Origin: an uncultured bacterium
GTDB taxonomy: Bacteria > Joyebacterota > Joyebacteria > Joyebacterales > Joyebacteraceae
Assembly (NCBI GenBank): GCA_964562405.1
Contig: CAZLTC010000006.1
Span: 1,372-65,371 of the forward strand
DNA length: 64,000 nt
Reading direction: 5' to 3'
Part shown: in pieces, positions 18,756 through 28,819 of the stretch
How positions within the stretch are numbered: the stretch's first letter is position 1
Layout: each line of letters opens with the position of its first letter
The notes under the pieces: model-generated
What the model was told of the DNA's origin: nothing
The model's database searches: none
What the model saw: only the letters and a program-made list of their open reading frames with translations
Position numbers and translations under genes: made by a program

Positions 18756-20067
18756 TTACCTCAGCAGGACGAGCTTCACAGGGTCGGCACCCGACCCGGC
18801 AGCGAGCCGCGCGAAGTACACACCGGAGGGCAAGGGGCGTCCAACCGAGTCCCGGCCGTCCCATTGGGCGGCCGCGAGGGGGGACGCCTCGAGGCGCCGC
18901 AGCAGTCTCCCCGAGATGTCGTACACGTTGATGGCGTGCGCTTCACTTGAGGGCGTGGCGGGCGCCAGGAAGATCGCCTCGCGGAACGGATTCGGCCAGC
19001 ACCGGAGGACCGGGGGCGCGACGGCCACAGGGGCGTCCGCCGAGTCTCCGGGTATGTCCGTCGGAGGATCCAGCAGGGCGAAGTGGACCTGCATGTTGCT
19101 CTGCGTCGTGCCGCGCGGCCAGGCGAGAGCTACGATGCCGCTCGAGAGCGTCACTGGGTGCGGCTCCGTGTCCCAGCCCGCGTAGCTCAGCCAGTTCTCC
19201 TCGCTCGCCCAGGCGTAGCCGTCGTCGGAGACGCGCGAGTACAGATCGTAGGGGTCGCCACCGGTCGACGTTGCGTAATAGAGCCCGTACCGCCCGTCAG
19301 CCAGCTCGATGGGGAAGGAGTCGTGCGAGTTCTGCGTGTAGGTGACGCGGTTCTCTGCGCTCCAGTTCAGCCTGTCGGTCGACGTCTTCGTGAAGATGTC
19401 TATCTGGTAGTACCAGATACCGGTCTTGCGCTGATAGCTCAAGACGTACGTCCCATCCGAGTGGCGCATGATGCGGTTCAGTGAACCGGTGCTGGCGTTC
19501 GTCTTGTCGTGGTCCCATGTCGTCCCGTCCTCCGAGTGGGCCACGTGGCCCCCGTTCGAGAGCAAGTCGTAGCTCATGGTCAGGGATCCGTTGTTCTCGG
19601 AGAAGACGGTGGGGTTTACAAGGTCCTCGGTCGTCCACCCGAGGTCCACGATGCCTCGACGCGTCCAGGTCGTGCCGTCGGGGGAGTCGGCCATGTGTAT
19701 GCGGTAGCCGCCCGTCTCATCCGACAAGTAGTAGAGCTGGTACGTCCCGCCGGGCAGCTGAATGACCGATGGATGCCTCTCGTTCCCAGACGTGGCGACG
19801 ATAGCGCGAGGTGGGGACCACACCGCCCCGTCGGACGACACCGTCAGCATCAGATCACCGTTTTCATAGTTCGAGTCCAGCCTCTCATACACGATCATGA
19901 GGGAGCCATCGTCGCACTCGAGAAGCGAGGGCATGTAGTTCAGGTACCCGTCGTCGGTCACGGGCACGATGTCATAGGAGCACGCGGCCGATGCAATGAG
20001 CGCCAGTGCGCAGCATGCACTTGCCGCGGCCATGTGCGGACGGTGAACCGGCGAACGTGCAGACATG
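18756..20067 (-). CDS. BNR/Asp-box repeat (sialidase-like beta-propeller) protein with shared C-terminal sorting domain
   Basis: Four Asp-box repeats (SSDGAVWS, SPDGTTWT, SEDGTTWD, SDDGYAWA). Signal MSARSPVHRPHMAAASACCALALIASAACS. C-terminus WPNPFREAIFLAP...VYDISGRLLRRL...GVYFARL...KLVLLR. The ORF-track extension to 20735 is antisense to yajC and rejected. Confidence 0.7.
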
Positions 20068-20114
20068 AGTACCCCCCGGGGTCCTGTCCTGGTTTGCGCT
20101 GCGGGACGCTCACT

Positions 20115-20126
20115 ACCATTATAGCA
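20115..20126 (-). promoter_or_regulatory. Extended -10 element aTGcTATAAT (minus strand) upstream of the BNR-CTD gene
   Basis: Perfect TATAAT with TGn, ~50 nt upstream of minus-strand ATG 20067; no good -35. Confidence 0.3.
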
Positions 20127-20145
20127 TACTGTGGGCGCGGCGCTC

Positions 20146-20174
20146 TTGACTCGCCGGACGCTCCCTGATAACAT
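20146..20174 (+). promoter_or_regulatory. Candidate promoter TTGACT-N17-TAACAT for the small ORF / yajC-def-fmt operon
   Basis: Read directly; divergent from the BNR-gene promoter 20-30 nt away. Confidence 0.35.
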
Positions 20175-20267
20175 CTCCCGGTTGAACGGTAACAACGTCC
20201 AGGAGGCCATCTGGCGTTCAAGAAGGCGAAGCGCAAGGACGAGAAGCCCGGTTCGGGGATCATACTC

Positions 20268-20471
20268 GTGAAGGACGGCGTCAAGAGGGAGGTGACGTTC
20301 GAGGAGCTTGCGCTCTCGAACACGCTCTCCCTGGAGGCGCTCGTCCGCGTGCTGGCGAGGACGGGCGAGATCGACCCCAAGGAGCTGCTCGAGGAGATGG
20401 AGAAGGTGAAGGCCGAGCGGTTCCGTGACGGGTCCGAACTCCCGAACGCGGGTCCTGACACCGCTCACTAG
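20268..20471 (+). CDS. Small hypothetical protein upstream of yajC (start unclear; frame open back to a CTG at 20211 behind AGGAGG)
   Basis: Open frame with charged helical sequence (EELALSNTLSLEALVRVLARTGEIDPKELLEEMEKVKAERF). It sits 12 nt upstream of yajC and downstream of a predicted promoter. No ATG start is available. Confidence 0.35.
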   Translation: MKDGVKREVTFEELALSNTLSLEALVRVLARTGEIDPKELLEEMEKVKAERFRDGSELPNAGPDTAH

Positions 20472-20483
20472 GAGGCGTGGCTG

Positions 20484-20816
20484 ATGCTGTTTCTGACAAT
20501 GCTCTTCCCGGACGTCGCACACGCGATGGGCACGCCCGGCGCTGGTGGCGAAGGCGGCGGTGGCAACACGTCGTTCTTCTTCATGCTCATAGCGATCTTC
20601 GCTATCTTCTACTTTCTGATGATCCGTCCCGAGTCCAAGCGGCGCAAGGAACGGCAGCAGATGATCGACTCGCTCAAGCGGCACGACAAGATAGTGACGA
20701 TCGGCGGTCTTTACGGCGAGATTCTCGACGTCCACGACGACAGGGTAGTCGCCAAGATCTCGGATGGTGTGAAGGTCGAGATCGCGAAGTCTGCCGTGAC
20801 CGGCGTGAGGGAGTAG
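20484..20816 (+). CDS. yajC: Preprotein translocase subunit YajC
   Basis: Single TM followed by MIRPESKRRKERQQMIDSLKRHDKIVTIGGLYGEI, the YajC signature. GGAGG RBS. Confidence 0.85.
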   Translation: MLFLTMLFPDVAHAMGTPGAGGEGGGGNTSFFFMLIAIFAIFYFLMIRPESKRRKERQQMIDSLKRHDKIVTIGGLYGEILDVHDDRVVAKISDGVKVEIAKSAVTGVRE

Positions 20817-20824
20817 CTTTCGGA

Positions 20825-21343
20825 ATGGCGATACGGGACGTGGTGAAGCAGGGGAGCGTCTCTCTCCAGGGTAACGTCGAGCACATCGAGAGGATCGATC
20901 AGGGTGTACTGGATCTGATCGATGACCTCATTGACACGATGAGAGAGGGCGCCACGCCCGGCGTCGGTCTCGCGGCGCCCCAGATCGGTGTAGCACGCGC
21001 CGTGATAGTGGCGCAGCCGCCCCCCGAATACGAGGGGGCGGAGGCCATCTACCGCGGAGTCGTCGCTCTTGTGAACCCCGAGATCGTGCTCGCGTCTGGA
21101 GCACCGGTCGTGATAGAGGAGGGGTGTCTGTCCTGCCCCGGCGTCACCGCCGAGGTGGAGCGCCCCGGAAGTGTGATAGTGAAGGGGCTGGACCGGGATG
21201 GCAAGCCGGTCAAGCTGGAGGTGTCGGGAGCACTGGCCAGGATCTTCCAGCACGAGATAGACCACCTCAACGGCAAGTTCTTCTTCGATCACCTCAATCC
21301 CATCAAGAGGCAGCTCGTGAAGGCGCGGATCAGAAGAACCTAG
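20825..21343 (+). CDS. def: Peptide deformylase
   Basis: GVGLAAPQIG, EEGCLSCPG and QHEIDHLNG motifs. ATG 20825 with GGGAG upstream; the ORF-track 5' extension from 20477 overlaps yajC in another frame. Confidence 0.85.
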   Translation: MAIRDVVKQGSVSLQGNVEHIERIDQGVLDLIDDLIDTMREGATPGVGLAAPQIGVARAVIVAQPPPEYEGAEAIYRGVVALVNPEIVLASGAPVVIEEGCLSCPGVTAEVERPGSVIVKGLDRDGKPVKLEVSGALARIFQHEIDHLNGKFFFDHLNPIKRQLVKARIRRT

Positions 21344-21386
21344 GGCCGTGACTGTCCTCAATCGGTCCCAGTGAGAGTTGCCGACC

Positions 21387-22325
21387 ATGCGCATCGTGTT
21401 CATGGGGACGCCGGATTTCGCTGTCCCCTCACTCTTGAAGCTCCACGAAGCGGCACACGACGTGCCGCTCGTCGTCACGCAGCCCGACCGCCCGGCCGGG
21501 CGCGGGCGCAGGCTCAGGCCGCCTGCCGTGAAGGTGGCCGCGCTCTCCCTCTGTCTGCCCGTAGAGCAAAGCGACGACATCAACGACGAGGCGTTCGTCG
21601 AGAGGCTCCGCTCGGTGGCCCCCGAGCTGCTCGTGGTCGTCGCATTCGGGCAGATACTACGGCGCGCACTCCTGGAGGTCCCCTCGAGGGGCGCCGTCAA
21701 CGTGCACGCCTCCCTGCTCCCCCGATATCGGGGCACGGCGCCGATCAACTGGGTCATCGTGAACGGCGAGACGGAGACCGGCGTGACCACCATGTTCATG
21801 GCGGACAAGGTCGACGCCGGAGAGATCATCCTCGAGAGGACGACCACGATCCGGGACATGGAGACGGCCGGCGAGCTGTCCGATCGGCTGGCCGAGCTCG
21901 GGGCGGAGCTGCTTCTGGAGACCGTCGCCCTGATCGAGAAGGGAGAGGCTCCGCGAGTCGCGCAGGACGTCTCTCGGGCCTGCTACGCGCGGAAGCTCAG
22001 GAAGACCGATGGGGAGATAGACTGGACGGAGCCTTCAAGGCGCGTCCTGGACAGGATAAGAGGTATGACCCCGTGGCCTGGGGCGTACACGTGGTATCGC
22101 GGGAAGCGGCTCGTCATCGAGCGCGCCGCACAGGGGCCGCCGGCGGCGGGCTCTCCGGGAGAGGTCCTGGCCGTGACCCGTGATTCCATAGACGTCGCGA
22201 CCGGGGACGGCGTGGTGCGCCTGCTGGAGGTGCGGCCGCAGGGCCGGCGTGCGATGAAAGCCGACGCTTTCGCCAGGGGATACCGCCCCGAGGTGGGCTC
22301 GTTCCCGTTCTCGGCGGAGGGATAG
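21387..22325 (+). CDS. fmt: Methionyl-tRNA formyltransferase
   Basis: MRIVFMGTPDFAVPSL N-terminus, HASLLPRYRGTAPINW catalytic region, C-terminal tRNA-binding domain. Immediately follows def. Confidence 0.9.
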   Translation: MRIVFMGTPDFAVPSLLKLHEAAHDVPLVVTQPDRPAGRGRRLRPPAVKVAALSLCLPVEQSDDINDEAFVERLRSVAPELLVVVAFGQILRRALLEVPSRGAVNVHASLLPRYRGTAPINWVIVNGETETGVTTMFMADKVDAGEIILERTTTIRDMETAGELSDRLAELGAELLLETVALIEKGEAPRVAQDVSRACYARKLRKTDGEIDWTEPSRRVLDRIRGMTPWPGAYTWYRGKRLVIERAAQGPPAAGSPGEVLAVTRDSIDVATGDGVVRLLEVRPQGRRAMKADAFARGYRPEVGSFPFSAEG

Positions 22326-22331
22326 TCCGCG

Positions 22332-23093
22332 ATGATGGAGCTGGGCGAAAAGCGCCTCTTCATTCTGGTCTCCGCGGGAGGGCTGCTGTTGCTGGGCCTT
22401 CTGGCATGCGCCGCGTGGTACCTGATAGCGCCAAGGCTTGCGGAGCTGCATCCGGAGCTTCCAAGGACCGTTGCCGCCGTTGCCGCCGCCGCGTTCCTCA
22501 TAATCGCGTTCGGGCTCGGCCTCATAGCGCTGTCTGCGCTGACGGGTCGCCGGGTTCTGTTCAGCCAGAGGATGACCGCAACGGTCGTGCGCATCCTCTT
22601 CCCGCTCGTCCTGATGTTGTCGGCGCTCATCAGGCTCGACACGGAGGCGGTCAAGCGTTCGTTCGTCGCCGTCAACAACGCCCTTGTCAAAGCAGGGCTC
22701 GACACGATACGGAAGGGTAGGCTGCTACTTCTTCTTCCGCACTGCCTGCAGGCGACCACCTGCCCTCACAAGATCACGGGCGGTCTCATAGACAACTGCA
22801 AGGGGTGTGGACGCTGTGTCATTGCGGGGCTTCTGGAACTCGCGCGCGAACACGGATTGGCTCTCACCGTGGCCACCGGCGGCACGCTGGCGCGTCGAGT
22901 GATCGGGGAGATCAACCCGGCCGCCATCATTGCAGTGGCCTGCGAGACGGATCTCACGAGCGGCATACGGGACAGCTACCCGCTGCCCGTCCTCGGGATC
23001 CTGAACGAGAGGCCGCACGGTCCGTGTCGCGACACCACGGTCGACCTCGCGGCGGTGCGCGGCGCCGTGCGTTTCTTTGCGGGACTGGAGTAG
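22332..23093 (+). CDS. DUF116-family membrane protein (Cys-rich, between fmt and rsmB)
   Basis: Two N-terminal TM segments, then LLLLPHCLQATTCPHKITGGLIDNCKGCGRCVIAGL..., the conserved Cys pattern of DUF116 proteins found in fmt-sun neighbourhoods. Confidence 0.6.
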   Translation: MMELGEKRLFILVSAGGLLLLGLLACAAWYLIAPRLAELHPELPRTVAAVAAAAFLIIAFGLGLIALSALTGRRVLFSQRMTATVVRILFPLVLMLSALIRLDTEAVKRSFVAVNNALVKAGLDTIRKGRLLLLLPHCLQATTCPHKITGGLIDNCKGCGRCVIAGLLELAREHGLALTVATGGTLARRVIGEINPAAIIAVACETDLTSGIRDSYPLPVLGILNERPHGPCRDTTVDLAAVRGAVRFFAGLE

Positions 23094-23098
23094 GGGAC

Positions 23099-24565
23099 AT
23101 GGACGCAAGGCAGGTCGCGCTTCTGAGCCTCACGGAGTGGGAGTCCGGCGACCAGAAGATAGACGTGGTCCTCGAACGCGAGCTGGCGAACGCGGCGCTG
23201 GACGACCGCGACACCGCGCTGGCCCAGAACCTGACGTACGGCGTGCTCCGCTGGAAGGGCAGGCTCGACTGGGTGCTGGACCAGTACGTGAAGGGCGGCC
23301 TTCGCTCGCTTCCGCTTCCCATACGAAACGCGCTCAGACTCGGTCTCTATCAGATCGACTACCTCGACAGGATCCCGGCGCGGGCCGCGGTGAGCGAGTC
23401 CGTCAACCTCGCGAAGCGCTACGGGCACAAGGGGACGGCCGGGCTGGTCAACGCCGTGCTCCGGAACGTCCTCACGAGTCTGCGGCCGGATTTCCCGGAC
23501 ATGAACGCCGATCCCGTGGAGCACATCAGCGTCGTATACTCGCATCCGTCGGTCCTGGTGCAGCGGTGGATAGAACGGTACGGGGTCGACATGACGCTCG
23601 TCTTCTGCGAGTACAACAACGAAGTGCCGCGGCTGGTGGCGCGCGCAAACGGACTGCGCTGCTCACCTTCGGCACTCGAGACCGCGCTCAAGGCCGAGGG
23701 GCGCGAGACCCGACCCGGCAGGTACTTCGACGAGTGCCTCGAGGTAATGGGTGGTGGAGACGTCGCCAACCTGCGGTGCTTCCAGGACGGGCTCATGCAG
23801 GTCCAGGATGAGAGCACTCTGGCCGCGGTCCGGCTGCTCAACCCGTCTCCGGGCGAGGAGATCATCGACATGTGCGCGGCTCCGGGCGGCAAGACGACCT
23901 ACATCTCGGAGCGCATGGGCGGCGACGGTCGCATAAGAGCCTTCGAGATATCACGGAGGCGCTCGCATCTCCTGAACGAGAACCTCACGAGGCTCGGCAT
24001 CACGAACTGCGAGGTGCTGTGCGGCGAGGCGACCGCGGCCGTGACCGACAAGGCCGACGGGATACTCCTTGACGCCCCGTGCTCGGGAACGGGCACGCTC
24101 GGCCGCAGGATCGACTCGCGCTGGAAATTCGACCTGCGCGCGAGAGAGAGGATGAAGCAGGAGGTGGCCGACCTCGAGCGGATACATCCTCGCCAGATCT
24201 TCGCACACCAGGCGAGCCGCCAGCTCCGTCTGCTCCTGAACGCCGCGGATCTTGTGAATGATGGCGGCCGTATCGTATACAGCACCTGCTCGATGGAACC
24301 GGAGGAGAACGAACTAGTCATCAGCCATTTCCTCAAGAAGCGGCCTGAGTTCGTCATCGAGGACGCCGCACCTTACGTTCCGGGCATGTTCGTCGATGGC
24401 GGGTTCGTTAGGACCATGCCTCACAAGCACGCCATCGACGGGTCGTTTGCGGCGCGCCTCGCCAAGCGCGGCGGTGAGGCCTTCGAGATGGAGGCGGAGG
24501 ACGAACTCGATCTGCCGGAGCACGCTACATCGATGGACCTCGAGATAGCCGAAGAGTTGGCCTGA
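23099..24565 (+). CDS. rsmB: 16S rRNA (cytosine-C5)-methyltransferase RsmB/Sun with NusB-like N-domain
   Basis: N-terminal NusB-like region (RDTALAQNLTYGVLRWKGRLDW). SAM motifs DMCAAPGGKTT, DAPCSGTG; catalytic YSTCS. ATG 23099 just after the DUF116 stop. Confidence 0.85.
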   Translation: MDARQVALLSLTEWESGDQKIDVVLERELANAALDDRDTALAQNLTYGVLRWKGRLDWVLDQYVKGGLRSLPLPIRNALRLGLYQIDYLDRIPARAAVSESVNLAKRYGHKGTAGLVNAVLRNVLTSLRPDFPDMNADPVEHISVVYSHPSVLVQRWIERYGVDMTLVFCEYNNEVPRLVARANGLRCSPSALETALKAEGRETRPGRYFDECLEVMGGGDVANLRCFQDGLMQVQDESTLAAVRLLNPSPGEEIIDMCAAPGGKTTYISERMGGDGRIRAFEISRRRSHLLNENLTRLGITNCEVLCGEATAAVTDKADGILLDAPCSGTGTLGRRIDSRWKFDLRARERMKQEVADLERIHPRQIFAHQASRQLRLLLNAADLVNDGGRIVYSTCSMEPEENELVISHFLKKRPEFVIEDAAPYVPGMFVDGGFVRTMPHKHAIDGSFAARLAKRGGEAFEMEAEDELDLPEHATSMDLEIAEELA

Positions 24566-24624
24566 GATGGACGTCAGGCATCTTTGAGTGGGATGGGTCG
24601 GCCGTGAGAGTACCCGGACGTGAC

Positions 24625-25371
24625 ATGGAACTTAGGATGCCTGCTATCGTGCGGAAGGTCCTCTTCACGCTGTCCGCCGTCGTTGCGGCGCTCGTGTGCG
24701 CGGCCCTGGCCGTGAACTACATCGTCATGCCCATACTGGTGGGCCGGGGGGATCTCGTTCCGGCGCCGGACCTCGTGGGACGTTCGCTCGTGGAGGCCAA
24801 GCGTGTGGTGGATGAGGTGAGGTTGGCCATCAGAGTGGAGTCCGTGCAGCCTGACCCCATGCTTCCCGCGGGCGCGGTCGTTCGGCAGGCCCCGGCGCCC
24901 GGAGTGGACACGAAGCGCGGGAGAAGCATCTCCGTGGTTGTGAGTTCAGGCCTCGACATGAAGGTCGTGCCTCCTCTGTCAGGTCTGACCGCGCGCCAGG
25001 CTCAGCTGGATGCGGAGTCGGCCGGCTTCGCGATCAGCTCGGTAGCCGAGGTCCACACGCCCGAGGTCGAGCGCGGCCGGGTCGTCGGCACGATGCCGCG
25101 CAGCGGCTCCGTTCTGCCGGCAGGGACCGGCATCAGCATGGTCGTGAGCCTGGGGCCGAGGCCGATGGCGCTGATCATGCCCTCTCTGGTCGGCCGCACT
25201 CCAGAGGAGGCGCGGCTCATCGTCGAGGAGCTGGGGCTCGTGGTGAGGTCGGTAAGGTACGGTCAGGGCAGGAGCGATTTCCTGAGGGATGTCGTGCTCG
25301 TTCAGGAACCGGTTGCAGGCGCCAGGGTGGTGGAGGGCGAGAGCGTCACGCTCCGGGTCGGCAAGGGGTAG
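24625..25371 (+). CDS. Membrane-anchored protein with three PASTA domains (no kinase/PBP domain)
   Basis: N-terminal TM (VLFTLSAVVAALVCAALAV) followed by three ~65-aa repeats beginning PDLVGRS..., PLSGLTAR..., PSLVGRTPEEA..., matching the PASTA fold. Start 24625 or 24637. Confidence 0.65.
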   Translation: MELRMPAIVRKVLFTLSAVVAALVCAALAVNYIVMPILVGRGDLVPAPDLVGRSLVEAKRVVDEVRLAIRVESVQPDPMLPAGAVVRQAPAPGVDTKRGRSISVVVSSGLDMKVVPPLSGLTARQAQLDAESAGFAISSVAEVHTPEVERGRVVGTMPRSGSVLPAGTGISMVVSLGPRPMALIMPSLVGRTPEEARLIVEELGLVVRSVRYGQGRSDFLRDVVLVQEPVAGARVVEGESVTLRVGKG

Positions 25372-25434
25372 CGGTCGTCTCCGCCTCGGCCGGACCTGTA
25401 CTGCCCGGGCCTACGCCGGAGAGGGAGTCAAGGT

Positions 25435-26121
<687 letters not shown>

Positions 26122-26137
26122 CCACGTTCTTTTCTCC

Positions 26138-26166
26138 TTGCGCCATATCTGTCGCTTTGGTATATT
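26138..26166 (+). promoter_or_regulatory. Candidate promoter TTGCGC-N17-(TG)GTATATT upstream of the ffh-rpsP-rimM-trmD-rplS operon
   Basis: Extended -10 tTGgTATATT in an AT-rich island within the 227-nt rpe-ffh gap. Confidence 0.4.
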
Positions 26167-26348
26167 CTCTAGGCTGTATCAGTTGCAGGCCCGGAGCTTG
26201 ACGGCTCGTCGGGATGGTGCATCATTGTGTCCGTCTCCGAGACGTCAGTGGGTTCGTTTGCTCACGCTCTGCAACCCTTTCGTCCGGCAAGTCCTTACGG
26301 TGTGGGGCGGCGGACGTGCGGAGCGATCCCGGAGGTGGTGGCGGGCGC

Positions 26349-27674
26349 ATGTTCGATCAGCTTTCTCAGAGACTCGACAGTGCATTCCGCGCGCTGACCG
26401 GTAGGGGCAGACTCACAGAGGCGAACATAGAGGACGCCCTCCGCGAAGTCAGAAGGGCGCTGCTCGAGGCCGATGTCAATTTCAAGGTCGCGCGCGGGTT
26501 CACAGAAAACGTTCGCGCGCGGGCCGTCGGCCAAGAGGTTCTCAGGAGCCTCACCCCAGGCCAGCAGGTGGTGAAGATCGTCCACGAGGAGCTTGTCAGT
26601 CTCCTCGGTGGAGCGTCGGAGCCCTTCCGGCTCTCAGGTGCAACGCCGGCCGTGGTGATGGTCGTGGGCCTCCAGGGGTCCGGCAAGACGACCTTCTGTG
26701 GGAAGCTTGCGCGGCACCTGAGGAAGCGCGGTAGGAGCCCGCTGCTCGTGGCGGCCGATACGTACAGACCGGCGGCGCAGGAGCAGCTAGCGACCCTCGC
26801 CAGGGGGCTCGGCCTTCCGGTCCACACCGGTCGGTCCGGCGCCGATCCTGTCGAGATCGCGAAAACGGCGCTCACGGTGGCGCGCGACGGGGGCGCGGAC
26901 GTCGTCATCCTCGATACGGCTGGCAGGCTGCATGTCGACGAGAAGATGATGGATGAGCTCTCGCGAATCAGGGAGGCGACACGGCCTTCCGAGATCCTGC
27001 TCGTGCTGGATAGCATGACGGGGCAGGATGCGGTCAACGTCGCGACGGAGTTCCTGGGGCGGCTCGATTTCACCGGGGCCGTGCTCACGAAGCTCGACGG
27101 CGACACGCGCGGAGGGGCGGCAGTATCGCTCCGCGCCGTGACCGGGAAGCCGATCAAGTTCGCCAGCGTCGGCGAGAAGCTTGACGCTCTGGAGCAGTTC
27201 CACCCTGATCGGATGGCCTCCCGCATCCTCGGTATGGGCGACGTGCTGACCCTCGCCGAACGCGCGCAGGAGTCGGTCGATCTGGAACAGGCCGCGAAGC
27301 TCGAGGAGAAGCTCCGGAAGCAGAGCTTCACGCTCGAGGACTTCCAGGAGCAGCTCGCGGCCCTCAAGAAGATGGGACCGCTCGACCAGCTCGCGGGAAT
27401 GATTCCCGGGGTGGGCAAGCTCGGGCAGGTGGCCATCGACGAGAAGGCGCTGAAGGGGGTCGAGGCAATGATCCGATCGATGACGCCGGGCGAGAGACGT
27501 GACCCGGGTATCATCGACGGTAACAGAAGGAAGCGGATAGCGCACGGGAGCGGGACGACCGTGCAGGACGTGAACCGCCTCCTCAAGCAGTTCGACTCCA
27601 TGAAGAAGATGATGAAGCAGTTCGGGAAGATGGGGAAACGCGGGAAGCTCCCGCTCATGAACCCCTTCGGATGA
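26349..27674 (+). CDS. ffh: Signal recognition particle protein Ffh
   Basis: MFDQLSQRLDSAFRALTGRGRLTEANIEDALREVRRALLEADVNF; NG-domain motifs GLQGSGKTT and DTAGR; Met-rich M domain at the C-terminus. Confidence 0.9.
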   Translation: MFDQLSQRLDSAFRALTGRGRLTEANIEDALREVRRALLEADVNFKVARGFTENVRARAVGQEVLRSLTPGQQVVKIVHEELVSLLGGASEPFRLSGATPAVVMVVGLQGSGKTTFCGKLARHLRKRGRSPLLVAADTYRPAAQEQLATLARGLGLPVHTGRSGADPVEIAKTALTVARDGGADVVILDTAGRLHVDEKMMDELSRIREATRPSEILLVLDSMTGQDAVNVATEFLGRLDFTGAVLTKLDGDTRGGAAVSLRAVTGKPIKFASVGEKLDALEQFHPDRMASRILGMGDVLTLAERAQESVDLEQAAKLEEKLRKQSFTLEDFQEQLAALKKMGPLDQLAGMIPGVGKLGQVAIDEKALKGVEAMIRSMTPGERRDPGIIDGNRRKRIAHGSGTTVQDVNRLLKQFDSMKKMMKQFGKMGKRGKLPLMNPFG

Positions 27675-27743
27675 TGCATGGCCAACCCCTGCTGGGGGTG
27701 CAATACGCAGTTCCCGGAACACGAGGAACCTGAAGGAGGACGA

Positions 27744-28376
27744 GTGTCGGTAAGGATCAGACTGCAGCGGAAGGGCGCCAAGCACATGGCCTTCTACCGC
27801 ATCGTCGTGGCGGACTCGAGATCTCCGCGCGACGGACGTTTCGTTGAGCAGCTCGGCTACTACGACCCGCTCCGTGATCCACCGGAGATCAACATCGAGA
27901 CGCCGAAGGTTATAGACTGGCTCTCGAAGGGCGCCCAGCCTTCTGGCACCGTCGAGTCGCTTCTGCGCCGCGTCGGGATCATGCAGATGTGGCATGAGGT
28001 CAGGAAGGGTAGGTCTCTCGATGAGCTCGGTCACATAGAGGACGAAGCCAGGAAGCGCATCGACGCCAAAGCGTCGATGGACAAGCGGCTCAAGACGGAA
28101 GCCAAGGTCGACAAGGTCACGAAGAAGGAACAGGACGCGAAGCCCGAAGCGCCGGCGGCGGAGAGCGAGGCGGCTGGGGAAGCCCAGAGCGCACCGCCGG
28201 TGGCGGAGCCCGAGACGACGGAAGCGAGCGCGGGGCCGGACGAGGGCGAGGGGACCGATGGCGGCGACGCCACGTCCGGGTCGGACGGCGGCGCATCCCA
28301 GGATGAGGCCGCTCAAGAGGCCCCCGCGGGTGCGGAGGAAGAGCCCGCAGCGTCGGAGGAACAGAAGCCGGAGTAG
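27744..28376 (+). CDS. rpsP: 30S ribosomal protein S16 with ~130-aa Ala/Glu/Pro-rich acidic C-terminal extension
   Basis: VSVRIRLQRKGAKHMAFYRIVVADSRSPRDGRFVEQLGYYDP core. GTG 27744 with GAAGGAGGA upstream. The tail ...PEAPAAESEAAGEAQSAPPVAEPETTEASAGPDEGEGTDGGDATSGSDGG... is low complexity. Confidence 0.8.
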   Translation: MSVRIRLQRKGAKHMAFYRIVVADSRSPRDGRFVEQLGYYDPLRDPPEINIETPKVIDWLSKGAQPSGTVESLLRRVGIMQMWHEVRKGRSLDELGHIEDEARKRIDAKASMDKRLKTEAKVDKVTKKEQDAKPEAPAAESEAAGEAQSAPPVAEPETTEASAGPDEGEGTDGGDATSGSDGGASQDEAAQEAPAGAEEEPAASEEQKPE

Positions 28377-28495
28377 CGGGAGCGAACGGAGACGGCTCCC
28401 AGTCCCATCGCGGGGGAGGATGTGCCGGAACCAGAGCCGGCGGCCGGCCGCGTAGGGTAGAAGACCATGTCTCCTTAAGAGAGGTCACTGGACCC

Positions 28496-28771
28496 ATGTT
28501 CGAAGACGAGATCAAGACTCCAGATTCGACCGAAGCCTCGCTCCAGGCGCTCGTCGAGTACATCTCGCGGGGCCTTGTGACGCACCCGGACGACGTTAAT
28601 GTCACGCAGTCGATGAAGGGTGACATGATCGTCTACGAGGTGCGGGTCGCTGACGAGGACAAGGGCCGGGTGATTGGCAAGAACGGCCGTACCGCGAAGG
28701 CCCTGCGTGCCATCATCGGCGCCGCGGCGACCAAGAACGAAAAGAAGGCGACCGTCGAGATCATCGACTAG
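28496..28771 (+). CDS. KH-domain RNA-binding protein (UPF0109/YlqC-like)
   Basis: VIGKNGRTAKALRAIIG (GxxG KH loop). Conserved position between rpsP and rimM. Confidence 0.8.
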   Translation: MFEDEIKTPDSTEASLQALVEYISRGLVTHPDDVNVTQSMKGDMIVYEVRVADEDKGRVIGKNGRTAKALRAIIGAAATKNEKKATVEIID

Positions 28772-28819
28772 GTCGCCCGAGGTCCTCTCCGGGCCGAATC
28801 CCACGAGATCCGGGGCTGC

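Noticed and set aside
20068-20735. N-terminal 220-aa extension of the BNR-protein ORF
   Set aside because: It is antisense to yajC and the small upstream ORF. A signal peptide with a preceding extended -10 promoter starts at M (20067), so the upstream part is non-coding for this gene.
26122-26348. Possible SRP RNA (ffs) or other ncRNA in the 227-nt gap upstream of ffh
   Set aside because: I looked for the conserved domain-IV motif of 4.5S RNA (GGUGCUGUUUACCAGG...GGAAGGAAGCAGCC) and did not find it. The gap is better explained as promoter plus leader.
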